DNA of 64,000 nucleotides from an uncultured Gammaproteobacteria bacterium (GTDB lineage Bacteria; Pseudomonadota; Gammaproteobacteria; JABCZS01): NCBI GenBank assembly GCA_963848305.1, contig CAWKDC010000003.1, positions 32,001 to 96,000 of the forward strand, read 5' to 3'. Shown piece by piece: positions 63,611 to 64,000 of this stretch (position 1 is its first letter; each line of letters starts with the position of its first letter). The notes under the pieces were generated by a model. It saw only the letters and a program-made list of their open reading frames with translations, ran no database searches and was not told where the DNA came from. The position numbers and the translations under genes were made by a program.

Positions 63611-64000
63611 ATGGACATCGAAGAATTTACCAGTGCGTTACAGAAGGCCATTGCTGCGGCGCAGACCATCGCAGTGGAACGGGATAACCCCGAAATAGAC
63701 AGTTTGCACGTCATGCAAGCCTTGATGGATCAAGACAACAGTTCTGTCAATCATCTGCTGAACCAATCGGGAGTTAACCTCGTTAATTTGCGTAATCTGC
63801 TCAGCGAAGGGTTAGATAATGAGCCGACGATCACTCAACAGGTCAATCAAATCGGCATTTCACAAGAATTAAACCGTCTATTCATGATCATGCAAAAGAT
63901 GAAAAAAGAACGTCATGATCAATTCATTGCGAGCGAATTGTTTGTACTGGCGGCATGTGATGACAAAGGTAAATTGGGTGATATCCTCAGAAAAGCAGGA
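63611..64000 (+). CDS. clpB: Chaperone ClpB, N-terminal part (truncated by the window)
   Basis: MDIEEFTSALQKAIAAAQTIA...H...AL..Q...DQFIASELFVLA Clp-N domain; SD AGGAG; rluD-pgeF-clpB synteny. Confidence 0.88.
   Translation, partial: MDIEEFTSALQKAIAAAQTIAVERDNPEIDSLHVMQALMDQDNSSVNHLLNQSGVNLVNLRNLLSEGLDNEPTITQQVNQIGISQELNRLFMIMQKMKKERHDQFIASELFVLAACDDKGKLGDILRKAG

Overview
Chromosomal segment of a gammaproteobacterium. The gene set and order suggest a Legionellales/Coxiellaceae-like, probably host-associated lineage (inference; no dot/icm gene is in the window). The backbone is housekeeping: recJ, bfr, a DEAD-box helicase, mltD-rnhA-dnaQ, accA-tilS, thrS-infC-rpmI-rplT-ychF, ampDE, pilBCD-coaE, dam, ffs-dnaX-ybaB-recR, ffh, tRNA-Ser, pyrG-kdsA-eno-ftsB-ispDF-surE-yqaA-nlpD-rpoS, rlmI, bamD-rluD-pgeF and clpB. 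Orphan genes that look like host-directed effectors sit between these blocks. The most notable are: (i) a ~906-aa protein with three tandem modules of highly diverged 33-36-aa TALE/Bat-like repeats, NLS-like patches and an acidic-amphipathic tail (56052-58772); (ii) a 788-aa protein with an apparent OTU deubiquitinase Cys box and His box separated by a long insertion (8995-11361); (iii) a membrane protein behind a Fur box (21043-22068); (iv) an orphan MobH/TraI_2-like relaxase homologue lacking the HD motif. Also present are an MNT-HEPN toxin-antitoxin pair, two AAA-DUF4143 ATPases with palindromic promoters and apparently leaderless starts, tRNA-linked repeats and REP-like palindromes. About nine genes carry single frameshifts that are most likely sequencing or assembly indels. 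All family assignments come from motif recognition by eye, not database searches.
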